A stretch of 64,000 nucleotides of DNA from Meiothermus sp. Lineage in GTDB: Bacteria > Deinococcota > Deinococci > Deinococcales > Thermaceae. Positions 18,711-27,013 of the stretch are shown piece by piece. How positions within the stretch are numbered: the first letter of the stretch is position 1; each line of letters opens with the position of its first letter. The translations under genes were made by a program, and so were the position numbers. The notes beneath the pieces were generated by a model. The model was not told the origin of the DNA and made no database searches. It saw only the letters and a list, made by a program, of their open reading frames with translations. The DNA lies in contig JANRLD010000094.1 of NCBI GenBank assembly GCA_033762915.1, forward strand, positions 16,625 to 80,624, written 5' to 3'.

Positions 18711-18897
18711 GTCTCCATAGTTGCAAAGCGACACACCAGCTCCTTCAAGAAATTGCGCCTCGGGTAGCCGCTCCGCGGCTATGGCGCACGCCACTCCGCC
18801 CTGGGTAGCCGCCCTGCGGCTATGGCGTACGCCACTATGTCCCGGCACGTGTTTGCCGCTTCCGCTGATACTGCGCTTCTACCCTGGCGCAACTTAC
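18711..18897 (-). repeat. Dispersed structured repeat, copy 2
   Basis: Core near-identical to 11105-11251; begins at the TAA stop of S8 gene 4. Confidence 0.8.
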
Positions 18898-20168
18898 CAG
18901 GGCGCAGCGTTGAGGAAGTTGGCGACCTGTAGTCGGCTGGAGCCGAGCTTGCCGAAGAACGGCAGGTTCTTGAGGGTGATGGAGATGCCGTTGTTGGTCA
19001 GGGTGCCCTTCAAGCTGGATAGGTTCCCCCGGCCCTGCCCAAGGGCCAGCGCCAGCGAGCCCGAGACCAGCGGGGCCGCCATGGATGTCCCACTCCAGCT
19101 GGCAACCCGGCTGCCGGGCGCGGTGGTGGCGATGCGCTCGCCGGGCGCGGTCATGTCCAGGCTGGAGCCGTAGTTGGCAAAGCCGGACTTGACGTCGCTG
19201 GCGTCCACGCTGCTCACGCTGACCAGGTAGCTCGATGTCCCGACTAAGTCGAGGGTCTTGGACTGGCGGGCCGGGTAGTCGAGGCCGTCGGCGTTGGCGT
19301 TGCCGGCCGCCGCTACTACGTAAATCTTCCTCGAGGTGGCGCTGTTCAAGACCGCGGTGAGGGCCGCAGAGGGGCTGTCAGCGCCCAGGGAGAGGTTGAT
19401 GACCTGGGCGCCTGCGCCGATGGCGGTGTTGATGGCCGCGATGACGTTAGACAGGCTGCCCGAGCCGTCGGGGCCCAGCACCCGGTAGGCCATAATCATG
19501 GCGCTGGGGGCCACCTGGGCCACGATCCCCGCCACCGCCGTCCCATGCCCGAAGCCGCGGTCGCCCATCATCCCAACCTCCTGGGGAATGCCGTCGTTGT
19601 CCACGAAGTCGTAGCGGTCGATCAGACGCGAGGCCAGGGCCGGGTGATTGAGGTCGACGCCGCTGTCGATCACTGCCACCTTAACGTTTTGGCCCAGGTT
19701 GGAGGCCAGGGAGTGGGCCTGGCTAAGGCCGATCTGGGTCCAGAGGGCGTTGTTCTCAGTGCTGAAATTGGTGATGGAGCCGGTGCCGCTGCTCCAGGCA
19801 TTCCACCCGCTGCTCCAGGCGTTCCAGCCGCTGCTCCAGGCGTTCCACCCCACCGCATTAACGGTGGACGGGGTTCTCACGCGGGTGTCGCCCTCGAGCG
19901 TAGTTCCCTGCATCGAGACCCCCCGGGACTGCAGCTGGGCCACCGCCTCGCCCGTCATCCTGAGGATGGCTTGGCCGTCCAGCCAGGCGATCACCTCGCC
20001 GCCATAGCGCTGGGCCACAGTCTCCTGGGTGTCGGCCGGCTCGAGCTGGACCGTGAGCAAGTAGCCGCTGCCGCCCGGCGAGGTTGCCTGGGTTGGAGCG
20101 CTGCCGCAGGCCGCCAGCACGGCGACCAGCGAGCCCACCAGGGCGAGTTTGAGCGTTTGAGCGATCAT
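18894..20168 (-). CDS. Lipoprotein S8 subtilase with 3x Trp heptad repeat, no C-terminal module
   Basis: LAAC; IDSG, GHGTAVAG, AAGN, GTSMAAP. Confidence 0.9.
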   Translation of the reverse strand: MIAQTLKLALVGSLVAVLAACGSAPTQATSPGGSGYLLTVQLEPADTQETVAQRYGGEVIAWLDGQAILRMTGEAVAQLQSRGVSMQGTTLEGDTRVRTPSTVNAVGWNAWSSGWNAWSSGWNAWSSGTGSITNFSTENNALWTQIGLSQAHSLASNLGQNVKVAVIDSGVDLNHPALASRLIDRYDFVDNDGIPQEVGMMGDRGFGHGTAVAGIVAQVAPSAMIMAYRVLGPDGSGSLSNVIAAINTAIGAGAQVINLSLGADSPSAALTAVLNSATSRKIYVVAAAGNANADGLDYPARQSKTLDLVGTSSYLVSVSSVDASDVKSGFANYGSSLDMTAPGERIATTAPGSRVASWSGTSMAAPLVSGSLALALGQGRGNLSSLKGTLTNNGISITLKNLPFFGKLGSSRLQVANFLNAAPW

Positions 20169-20335
20169 GAGCAAGGGCCTCCTTAGACTTTGCTTCGTCT
20201 GTTCAAATTACGTGGCACGAACGGCGTAGACTCATGAATAAAACCGTTACTCGAGCCCCCCGCGTTAATGCTAAAACGTGGCCCCTCGAGTCCTGGCTCG
20301 AGGGGCCATCTGGGAACACCAAAGCGGTTTCCATG

Positions 20336-20371
20336 AATACTCGGCACGGCAACCAACGCCGTGCCGAGTAT
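20336..20371. terminator. Hairpin downstream of S8 gene 5
   Basis: ATACTCGGCACGGC-N-GCCGTGCCGAGTAT. Confidence 0.55.
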
Positions 20372-20383
20372 CGGGAAACGTGA

Positions 20384-22252
20384 TCAGTTCCCGCTGACCG
20401 CCCAGGTGACAGCGGCCTCGAAGAGGTTCCAGCCGACCGGGGTGAGCTTGCTGGCCTGGTTGTCACGCATGAAGAAGGCCACGCGCCGGGCCGGGGCGGT
20501 GCGCCCCACCATCTGGGCACCGGTGTCGTAGGCGAAGAGGTTGGCCTGGGCGGCGTTGTTGGCCATCCGCCCCACCACCACCGCGCCGCTGCCGGGTACG
20601 CCCCAGGAGAACCACTCCCCGGCGGTGTAGACGGCGGGGTTGGAGGGGGCGCTGAGGCCCGCCGCCAGCGGGTGGGTGCCGTTCACCAGGCTGACCTGAG
20701 TCAGCTTGTCGGTGGTGCCGGACTGGCCAGCGGCGGTCAGACCCATTTCGTCGAAGACGTCGGCCCGCCACACCACCACCGGAACCGCGACCGCGGCGAA
20801 CTTGGTGTTCACGTCGCCGCCGCTGGCAGTGGCCGAGATTAGCACCAGGTCGCGCCCGGTCGCATCGGCTGTGCGGGCCTTTTTGTCTTCCCTGGGAGTC
20901 ACCGAGTAGCCGAGGGACTGGAGGCGGCTGATCAGCAGGTCGTCGTTGGCGTTGGGGCTGGCTCCGCCGTGGACGAAGAGCGCGTTCTCGAGCTGGATGC
21001 CGGGCAGTCTCTGCGCGAAGCTGACCGTGTTAATCAGCCCAAACCGGCTGTTGGTGGTGCCCGCCCCGAAGGTGGAGGTGGACAGCCAGGTCGAGAGGCT
21101 GGACCAGCTGAGGCTGGAGGTCTCGCTCATGGCCAAAGCCAGGATGCCACTGACCAGCGGGGCCGCGAAGGAGGTGCCGCGCACGGTGGCGACCCGGCTT
21201 TCCGGATAGGCGGTGACGATGTTCTCGCCGGGGGCCATGAACTCCAGCGCCGTGCCCGAGTTAGAGAAGCTCGAGCGGTTGCCGTTGCCGTCCACGCTGC
21301 CCACACTAATCAGGCGGTCGGAGTTTGTGGCGTTGGCGGCCGGGAAGTCGAGGCTACCGCCCCTGTTTCCCGCCGCCGCTACAACGTAGACGCCCAGGCC
21401 GTTGACGTAGCTGATCTGGGTACGCAAGGCGGACACGTTCACGTCGGTGCCCAGCGAGAGGTTGATGATCTGCGCGCCCTGCTGGCGGGCCCAGTCGATG
21501 GCCGCCACCACGTTGTCTACGTTGCCCGAGCCGTCTGAACCCAGCACCCGGATGGGCAGGATGGTGGCGCGGGGGGCGACCTGCAGGATCAGCCCCGCCA
21601 CCGCCGTACCGTGCCCATAACCCTTGTCGCCCGGTACATCTTGGGGGTTGCTGTCGCCGTCTACGTAGTCCTTCCACTGGCTGCTGGGAGCCAGCCGGCC
21701 GGTAAACATCGGGTGGGCGAGATCCAGGCCGGTGTCGATCACCGCCACCTTGATCCCACTACCATAGTCGCGGGCTAGCGCGTGGGCTTGGGGCAGCTTG
21801 ATCTGCAAGAAGGCGGGGCGGTTGCTGGGGGGTATCACCGGGATGCTGCTGCTGCCGCTGGCCCAGGCGTTCCAGCCGCTGCCCCAGGCATTCCAGCCGC
21901 TGCCCCAGGCGTTCCACCCGCTGCCCCAAGCGTTCCAGCCGCTCATGGTGGCCGGGGTGCCCACGTCGGCGTTGGCCTCGAGGGTGGTGTTCTGCATCGA
22001 GACCCCCCGGGCCTGCAGCTGGGCCACCGCCTCCTCGCCCATCCTGAGGATGGCTTGGTCGTCCAGCCACGCGATCACCTCGCCGCCGTAGCGCTGGGCC
22101 ACGGTCTCCCGGGTGTCGGCCGGCTCGAGCCGGACTGTGAGCAGATAGCCGCTGCCCCCCGGCGAGGTTGCCTGGGGCGGAGTGCCCCCACAGGCTGCCA
22201 CAACCGCAATGAGCGAAAGCGCAAGAGCCTGTTTGATGTACCGAAGTCTCAT
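20384..22252 (-). CDS. Lipoprotein S8 subtilase with 4x Trp heptad repeat and ~200-aa C-terminal alpha/beta domain
   Basis: VAAC; DTG/HGT/GTS triad; C-terminal RLQSLGYSVT...DLVLISAT...PVVVW domain. Confidence 0.9.
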   Translation of the reverse strand: MRLRYIKQALALSLIAVVAACGGTPPQATSPGGSGYLLTVRLEPADTRETVAQRYGGEVIAWLDDQAILRMGEEAVAQLQARGVSMQNTTLEANADVGTPATMSGWNAWGSGWNAWGSGWNAWGSGWNAWASGSSSIPVIPPSNRPAFLQIKLPQAHALARDYGSGIKVAVIDTGLDLAHPMFTGRLAPSSQWKDYVDGDSNPQDVPGDKGYGHGTAVAGLILQVAPRATILPIRVLGSDGSGNVDNVVAAIDWARQQGAQIINLSLGTDVNVSALRTQISYVNGLGVYVVAAAGNRGGSLDFPAANATNSDRLISVGSVDGNGNRSSFSNSGTALEFMAPGENIVTAYPESRVATVRGTSFAAPLVSGILALAMSETSSLSWSSLSTWLSTSTFGAGTTNSRFGLINTVSFAQRLPGIQLENALFVHGGASPNANDDLLISRLQSLGYSVTPREDKKARTADATGRDLVLISATASGGDVNTKFAAVAVPVVVWRADVFDEMGLTAAGQSGTTDKLTQVSLVNGTHPLAAGLSAPSNPAVYTAGEWFSWGVPGSGAVVVGRMANNAAQANLFAYDTGAQMVGRTAPARRVAFFMRDNQASKLTPVGWNLFEAAVTWAVSGN

Positions 22253-22451
22253 GTTATACCCCCTGCACCATCCAGCATAGGTCGCAGGGTTGGCGGGGGT
22301 TCATCATGCAACCGTAACGCAACCGTCTTGCGTTACAGCGGTTTTACCGCGCGTCGCCGGTTGCGCGTGGCCGTATGCACATTGAGGGGTACCCGGCCCC
22401 AAACACGGTTCTGCCGTGCGGCAGACCGCGGTTCTGGAAAATCGGTGGCCC

Positions 22452-23075
22452 TCAGCGTACGGGCTGGCGCAGGACGGTTTTGAGCCTGTCGGGCCGGCTC
22501 TTGCGGGGGTCGCCGAGGTAGATTTCGTGGTGTTTTTGCACCCGCCCATCAAAGCGGCAGCCCCCGGCGTGGATGAAGCCGTGCAACTTTTGGACGGTCG
22601 GGCCTTCGGCACTGTAGGGGCCGAGGTGCAAGACCTGGGCGGCGTGCCCTTCGCAGAAGGGCTCGAGCCGTACCTTATCCAAAGCGGGCAGGTGCTTCTT
22701 GCGGCGCAGCTCACCGCGCAGCTGTTCAAGCCGCTCGGGGGTTACTGCGGCGGGCTGGGCGATCATCATCGTCCAGCGCCAGTCACCCTTGCGCTCGAGG
22801 CCGAACTCGGCCATGTCCTCGGCCCACCACAGCCCCTCGAGCGGCCCCACCTTATAGTCCTGGCCTCCGGCCTTCTTTAGGGCGAACTTGAGGCCGTAAG
22901 CGAGGGCGTACAAAGCTTCGAGGGCCTGGTGGTAGCCCTCGGAGGTGTTGGGATCGCCTTGCCCGTCGATCATCAAGAACTGCGCGGCGGGCACTTCAAC
23001 CCACTCGGGGGTGGTGCGGGCCTGGTAGAAATCCTCGAGGCCCGTGGAGACCAACCTGACCTCGCCCGTATTCAT
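22452..23075 (-). CDS. GyrI-like small-molecule-binding protein
   Basis: FLMIDGQGDPN, PLEGLWW, HLGPY, HHEIYLGDPR, LRQP. Confidence 0.85.
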   Translation of the reverse strand: MNTGEVRLVSTGLEDFYQARTTPEWVEVPAAQFLMIDGQGDPNTSEGYHQALEALYALAYGLKFALKKAGGQDYKVGPLEGLWWAEDMAEFGLERKGDWRWTMMIAQPAAVTPERLEQLRGELRRKKHLPALDKVRLEPFCEGHAAQVLHLGPYSAEGPTVQKLHGFIHAGGCRFDGRVQKHHEIYLGDPRKSRPDRLKTVLRQPVR

Positions 23076-23135
23076 AAGAGCGCTCCTTTAGGTGTCGGCT
23101 GGGACGGCTCTGACAGTCCCGGCCGACGGCACAAA

Positions 23136-23603
23136 TTAGTTGCGGGCGTAGTAGCGCCGCACCGAGGGCAGCACACACAGTCCGCAGATCAGCAAGCCCA
23201 GCGCGAACATGGCCGGCTGTAGCCAGAACAGCCACCCCATCGTGGCGACCTGGTAGACGATCCAAACCATCTGGGCCAGCCCAACCCCAAAGGCCAGGCC
23301 CCAAACCCAGTGGATGTGGAGCGTGTTCTCGAGGCCACCCGCCAGGCCCCAGTCGGGCCGCAGCCAGAGCACAAACACCGTGAGCATGGGCAAGACCCCC
23401 AACACGGTGAACAGCAGCAGGCCGGGTATGAAGTAGTCGGAAAAGGCTGTGCGGGAGAGCCACTGGGTCGGCAGGCCCATCCGCCCGCCGCTGGGATCGC
23501 TCAGAAGGCTGTAGCCGCCGTACAGGGCTCCGGCGCCCACCACCACCAGCGCCCCCGATAGCCCATACAGCCCCGCAGGCCGAACTTGTCGCGTCGCTCG
23601 CAT
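23136..23603 (-). CDS. Small 4-TM membrane protein
   Basis: Hydrophobic ORF with FSDYFIPGLLLF; AGGAGG RBS. Confidence 0.7.
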   Translation of the reverse strand: MRATRQVRPAGLYGLSGALVVVGAGALYGGYSLLSDPSGGRMGLPTQWLSRTAFSDYFIPGLLLFTVLGVLPMLTVFVLWLRPDWGLAGGLENTLHIHWVWGLAFGVGLAQMVWIVYQVATMGWLFWLQPAMFALGLLICGLCVLPSVRRYYARN

Positions 23604-23616
23604 CAAGCCACCTCCT

Positions 23617-24087
23617 TCAAACCTGCTTGGGTATTCCGCCCGTCAGGTTCATCCACCAGCGAACGCAGCGGTGTCCGACGTCGGCGGTGCGGCAGTACAT
23701 CATCGGGCAGCCGCCGGGAATTACCGTGAGGCCCTTGCCGCGCCCGTAGGCCACGGCCTTATCGCAGACGCTGCTGCCCATTCCCCTGTGCATCCAGACC
23801 CGGCCGATGCCCAGCTCCGCACACTGCTCGACGATCTTTTCGGTCACTTCGGGCCGGGTGACGATCACCGCCCCGTCCACCTTGATTGGGATGGATTTGA
23901 GGTCGGGGTAGGCGGGGTCGCCCTCGAGGGTCGTGGCCTTGGGGTTAACCGCGAAGACCCTGTAGCCCTCGGCGCGCAGCTTGCGGTAGATGGCGTTGGC
24001 GGCGTCGTCCTTGGTGCTCGAGACCCCCACCACCGCAATGTTTTTCTGGCTCAGGAACTCTTGGGTTGCTTGCTGCATGGTCGGCAT
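23617..24087 (-). CDS. CoA-binding (YccU-like) protein
   Basis: IAVVGVS, VFAVNP, YPDLKSIP, RVWMH, GCPMM. Confidence 0.85.
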   Translation of the reverse strand: MPTMQQATQEFLSQKNIAVVGVSSTKDDAANAIYRKLRAEGYRVFAVNPKATTLEGDPAYPDLKSIPIKVDGAVIVTRPEVTEKIVEQCAELGIGRVWMHRGMGSSVCDKAVAYGRGKGLTVIPGGCPMMYCRTADVGHRCVRWWMNLTGGIPKQV

Positions 24088-24089
24088 AG

Positions 24090-24221
24090 GTGTCTCCATA
24101 GTTGGAATGCGAAATTTCGCCCGCCAGCTCCCGCAGGGAATCGCGCCCCGGGTAGCCGCTCCGCCTCGGAACGCAACACTTGCCCCCTCGGAACTAGCAG
24201 ATTCACTGCGGCGCACCTTAA
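24090..24221 (-). repeat. Dispersed repeat, divergent copy 3, filling the intergenic gap
   Basis: TCGCCCGCCAGCTCCCGCAGGGAAT-GCGCC-CGGGTAGCCGCT shared with 11083-11127. Confidence 0.65.
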
Positions 24222-24994
24222 CGCACCCGGACGATGTCCATGCGGCCGGCCCCGCCGATCACCTCGAGGTCAACCCGATTTCTAGACCACTCAAAGCCCG
24301 GCGAGGTGTAGGTGGGTCGCACCCGGCCAAAGACCTCGATAATGCCGCTGGTCACCCGAACCACCCGCACCCGCACCGCCAAGTTGCGCGGGACCCGAAT
24401 CACCGAGCGGCCGCCCCCACCCGTCACCTTGGCCGAGACCACGCCGCTGTCGGGCAGGGTCAGGCTCAGGCGGCCGGTCTGCGCGTCCACCTCCAGGCGC
24501 ACCACCTTCAAGCCGCGCAGGTTGATTTCCGAAGAGGAAATGGGGTTCTTGACGCTCAGGGTCAGCGGGACTTTGGGGCTGAGTTTGAGGCTCCACTGGG
24601 GCCACCTCAGGGCTTCGCGCAGGGCCGGAGGTCGCTGGGAAACCAGGCTGTACACCGCCGTGCTGCCCCGCACCTGGGCTTGCTCGTCCCGGCGCTCGAG
24701 GTCGAGGTTTTGCACGCTGCCCTCGAGCAGGTTCTCGTCGGAGGCTTGGCCCGCCAGGACCAGACGGGCGGTGCCCGGCGAGAGGGTCAGGGCTGCGCTC
24801 TGGGCGCTGCCCAGCGGGTATCGGACGGTCTCCGCTAAGCCCAGCTTGCTCCGCGACAAGGTGTTGTAGGCCCAGAAGGCCCCGACCAGCGGCACCGCCA
24901 AGGCCACGAGCAGCGCCACAGACCTGCTGGTCCAGGGCTGCCTCGAGGGCCCTGCGGCGGGCCGGGTCGGCGGATTGGGTGTATGGGTGGCCAT
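24218..24994 (-). CDS. Membrane-anchored LiaF/toast-rack-like beta-solenoid protein
   Basis: One TM segment followed by beta-rich repeats (WSLKLSPKVPLTL, INLRGLKVVRLEV, IRVP). Confidence 0.6.
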   Translation of the reverse strand: MATHTPNPPTRPAAGPSRQPWTSRSVALLVALAVPLVGAFWAYNTLSRSKLGLAETVRYPLGSAQSAALTLSPGTARLVLAGQASDENLLEGSVQNLDLERRDEQAQVRGSTAVYSLVSQRPPALREALRWPQWSLKLSPKVPLTLSVKNPISSSEINLRGLKVVRLEVDAQTGRLSLTLPDSGVVSAKVTGGGGRSVIRVPRNLAVRVRVVRVTSGIIEVFGRVRPTYTSPGFEWSRNRVDLEVIGGAGRMDIVRVR

Positions 24995-25152
24995 GGTCCC
25001 TCCTTTTTCACGCGACGGCTCGGCCGCATGGGTTGGCGAGCCGGACGCTCAGACCCCGAACGCCCTCGCCCCCGCAAGCCGTCCGCCCTCAGCGCGGCCC
25101 ACAGCCGGCCCCCTCAACATGAGGGACGCTTCGTGGCTCCATTTGCGCCCCA

Positions 25153-26286
25153 TCACCAGCGCTCGAGGCCCGCCAGCCCGCCCAGCCGCTCCACCAGGCG
25201 GGTCTCGGCCTGGCCGCGCACAAACTCGAGGCGGGTGGCGTAGCGCTGGCACAGCTCGGGCAGCACCCGGCGCAGCTCCACATCCTGGATGCGCCCCGCG
25301 CCGTGGGCGATCGCGCCCTCGGTGCTACCGCCCACCCAGTCGTCTGGCGCGCGGTAGGCTTGGCCTTGCAGGTTCCAGGGGGCCACCACTAGCCGCAGGC
25401 GGCCCTGCTGGAGCAGCTCGAGGGTCTGATCCAAGCCCCCCACCCCACGCTCGATCAGCCCGTCCACCAGCTCGCTTTCGCGCTGGCGCTCGAGCGGCTC
25501 GAGGGCGGCCTCGACCCGCCTCAACACCTCGTCGGCGTGGCTGGAGGGGGTGGTGAGGGCGGGCAGCACCGTCCAGACCTTTTCGCGCAGGCGGCGCGGC
25601 AGCAAGGTCTCGAGGGTCTGCACCTCAGAGGGCTGGCCCATCAGCACCAGCCGCTGGATCTCGCGCCCGTGCAGCAGGCCCTCGAGCTGGCCCACCATCT
25701 GCTTATAAAAGCGGTAGGTCCAGGCCTCGAGGCGGCGCTCGAAGTGATCGGAGTCGGCCCCCCCGCCCAGGGTCATGCCCTGGCTGTAGCGCCGCCCCAG
25801 GCCGTCCTGGCGCAGCTGCCGCCACTCGCCGGGGTCGACGGGCCGGAAGGCGCCGGACAGTTCCTCGATTTCACCCAGGAACACCTCGAACATCCGCCAC
25901 TTCTCGCTGTCCAGGAAGACCACCCCCACCCGCGGGTATTCTTCCAACAGGTAAAGCAGCGGGGTCAGGTAGGGCTCGCCCCAGCGGGCCTCCACGCCCT
26001 GCACCAGGGGCAGCTCGGCCTGCAAATCGTAGATCTCCATCAGCCCCTGGCCCGCAAAGACGATCCGGCTGCGGCCCTGCGGGGGGGCGGCCTCGAGGGC
26101 GCTCAGCAGGCTGCGGGCGAGGGGCCGGGGCACCTCGAGGGCCTTGAGCGCCTCCTTGACCCGCAGCGCATAGGCTTTGCCTTGGTTGGCGGGCCGGGCG
26201 GCGGTGTCCAGGTAGAGTGAGAAGACGGGAGAGGCCCGAGGGACCACAAACTCGCGGACATGACGGGTCGCGGCTTGGGTGAGCAT
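25153..26286 (-). CDS. Bacterial aeRF1-like (baeRF) protein
   Basis: VFSLYLD, PYLTPL, LVLMG, C-terminal LGGLAGLERW; no GGQ motif. Confidence 0.75.
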   Translation of the reverse strand: MLTQAATRHVREFVVPRASPVFSLYLDTAARPANQGKAYALRVKEALKALEVPRPLARSLLSALEAAPPQGRSRIVFAGQGLMEIYDLQAELPLVQGVEARWGEPYLTPLLYLLEEYPRVGVVFLDSEKWRMFEVFLGEIEELSGAFRPVDPGEWRQLRQDGLGRRYSQGMTLGGGADSDHFERRLEAWTYRFYKQMVGQLEGLLHGREIQRLVLMGQPSEVQTLETLLPRRLREKVWTVLPALTTPSSHADEVLRRVEAALEPLERQRESELVDGLIERGVGGLDQTLELLQQGRLRLVVAPWNLQGQAYRAPDDWVGGSTEGAIAHGAGRIQDVELRRVLPELCQRYATRLEFVRGQAETRLVERLGGLAGLERW

Positions 26287-26412
26287 ACACACCTCCAACC
26301 CCCATTGAACCCGCGAGGCGTTACCCCGGCATTACCAAGTTGCGCGACTGTGCAACTGCCCAACGGCAGGGGCGGCCAGCCCAGAGGCGATGGATTGTCG
26401 TAGACTCTCGGC

Positions 26413-26895
26413 ATGGACAAAGCCAAAGACCTGGGGCGCGTCGCCCTCCAGGAGCGCCGTCTGCGCTTCGCCAGCTTCGACCACGCCACGGCCTGGGCGA
26501 TCGGCTCGAGGCTGCGCCAGCTGGCCCACGAGCGCGGCCTGAGCGTCGCCATCGAGGTCCGACTCCACCACCAGCCGCTGTTCTTCGCCGCCCTGCCCGG
26601 AACCACCGCCGACAACGCCGACTGGCTGCGGCGCAAGCACAACGCCGTGGTCCGCTTCGAGCGCAGCTCGTACGCGCTGGGGCTGGACATCGGGGAGGAG
26701 CGGCTCGAGCAGACCTGGGGCCTGGGCCGACGGGACTACGCCCTGCACGGCGGCTGCTTCCCGGTCTTCGTGGGCGAAACGTGCGTGGGGACGGTCGGGG
26801 TCTCGGGGCTGCCGCAGCGCGAGGATCACAAGCTGGTAGTGGAGGTGTTGGCCGAGCACCTGGGGGTGGGGCTGGAGGAGGTCGGTCTGGACTGA
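26413..26895 (+). CDS. UPF0303/heme-degrading (GlcG/HbpS-like) domain protein
   Basis: DNADWLRRK, HGGCFP, VSGLPQREDH. Confidence 0.85.
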   Translation: MDKAKDLGRVALQERRLRFASFDHATAWAIGSRLRQLAHERGLSVAIEVRLHHQPLFFAALPGTTADNADWLRRKHNAVVRFERSSYALGLDIGEERLEQTWGLGRRDYALHGGCFPVFVGETCVGTVGVSGLPQREDHKLVVEVLAEHLGVGLEEVGLD

Positions 26896-27013
26896 ACCCG
26901 CGCCCGGGAGAGCCTTTTGGGCTCCCGGGCGGAGTGCCTTTTGGCGGAGACCGGCCAAGCAAACAGCCCCTCGATTCTTCACCGAGGGGCTGTCCTCTTC
27001 GTTCCACCCTCCG

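Noticed and set aside
14119..21944. WNAW repeats as radical-SAM RiPP cores (darobactin-like)
   Set aside because: No radical SAM, P450 or other maturase or exporter in the window; the repeats sit inside protease precursors.
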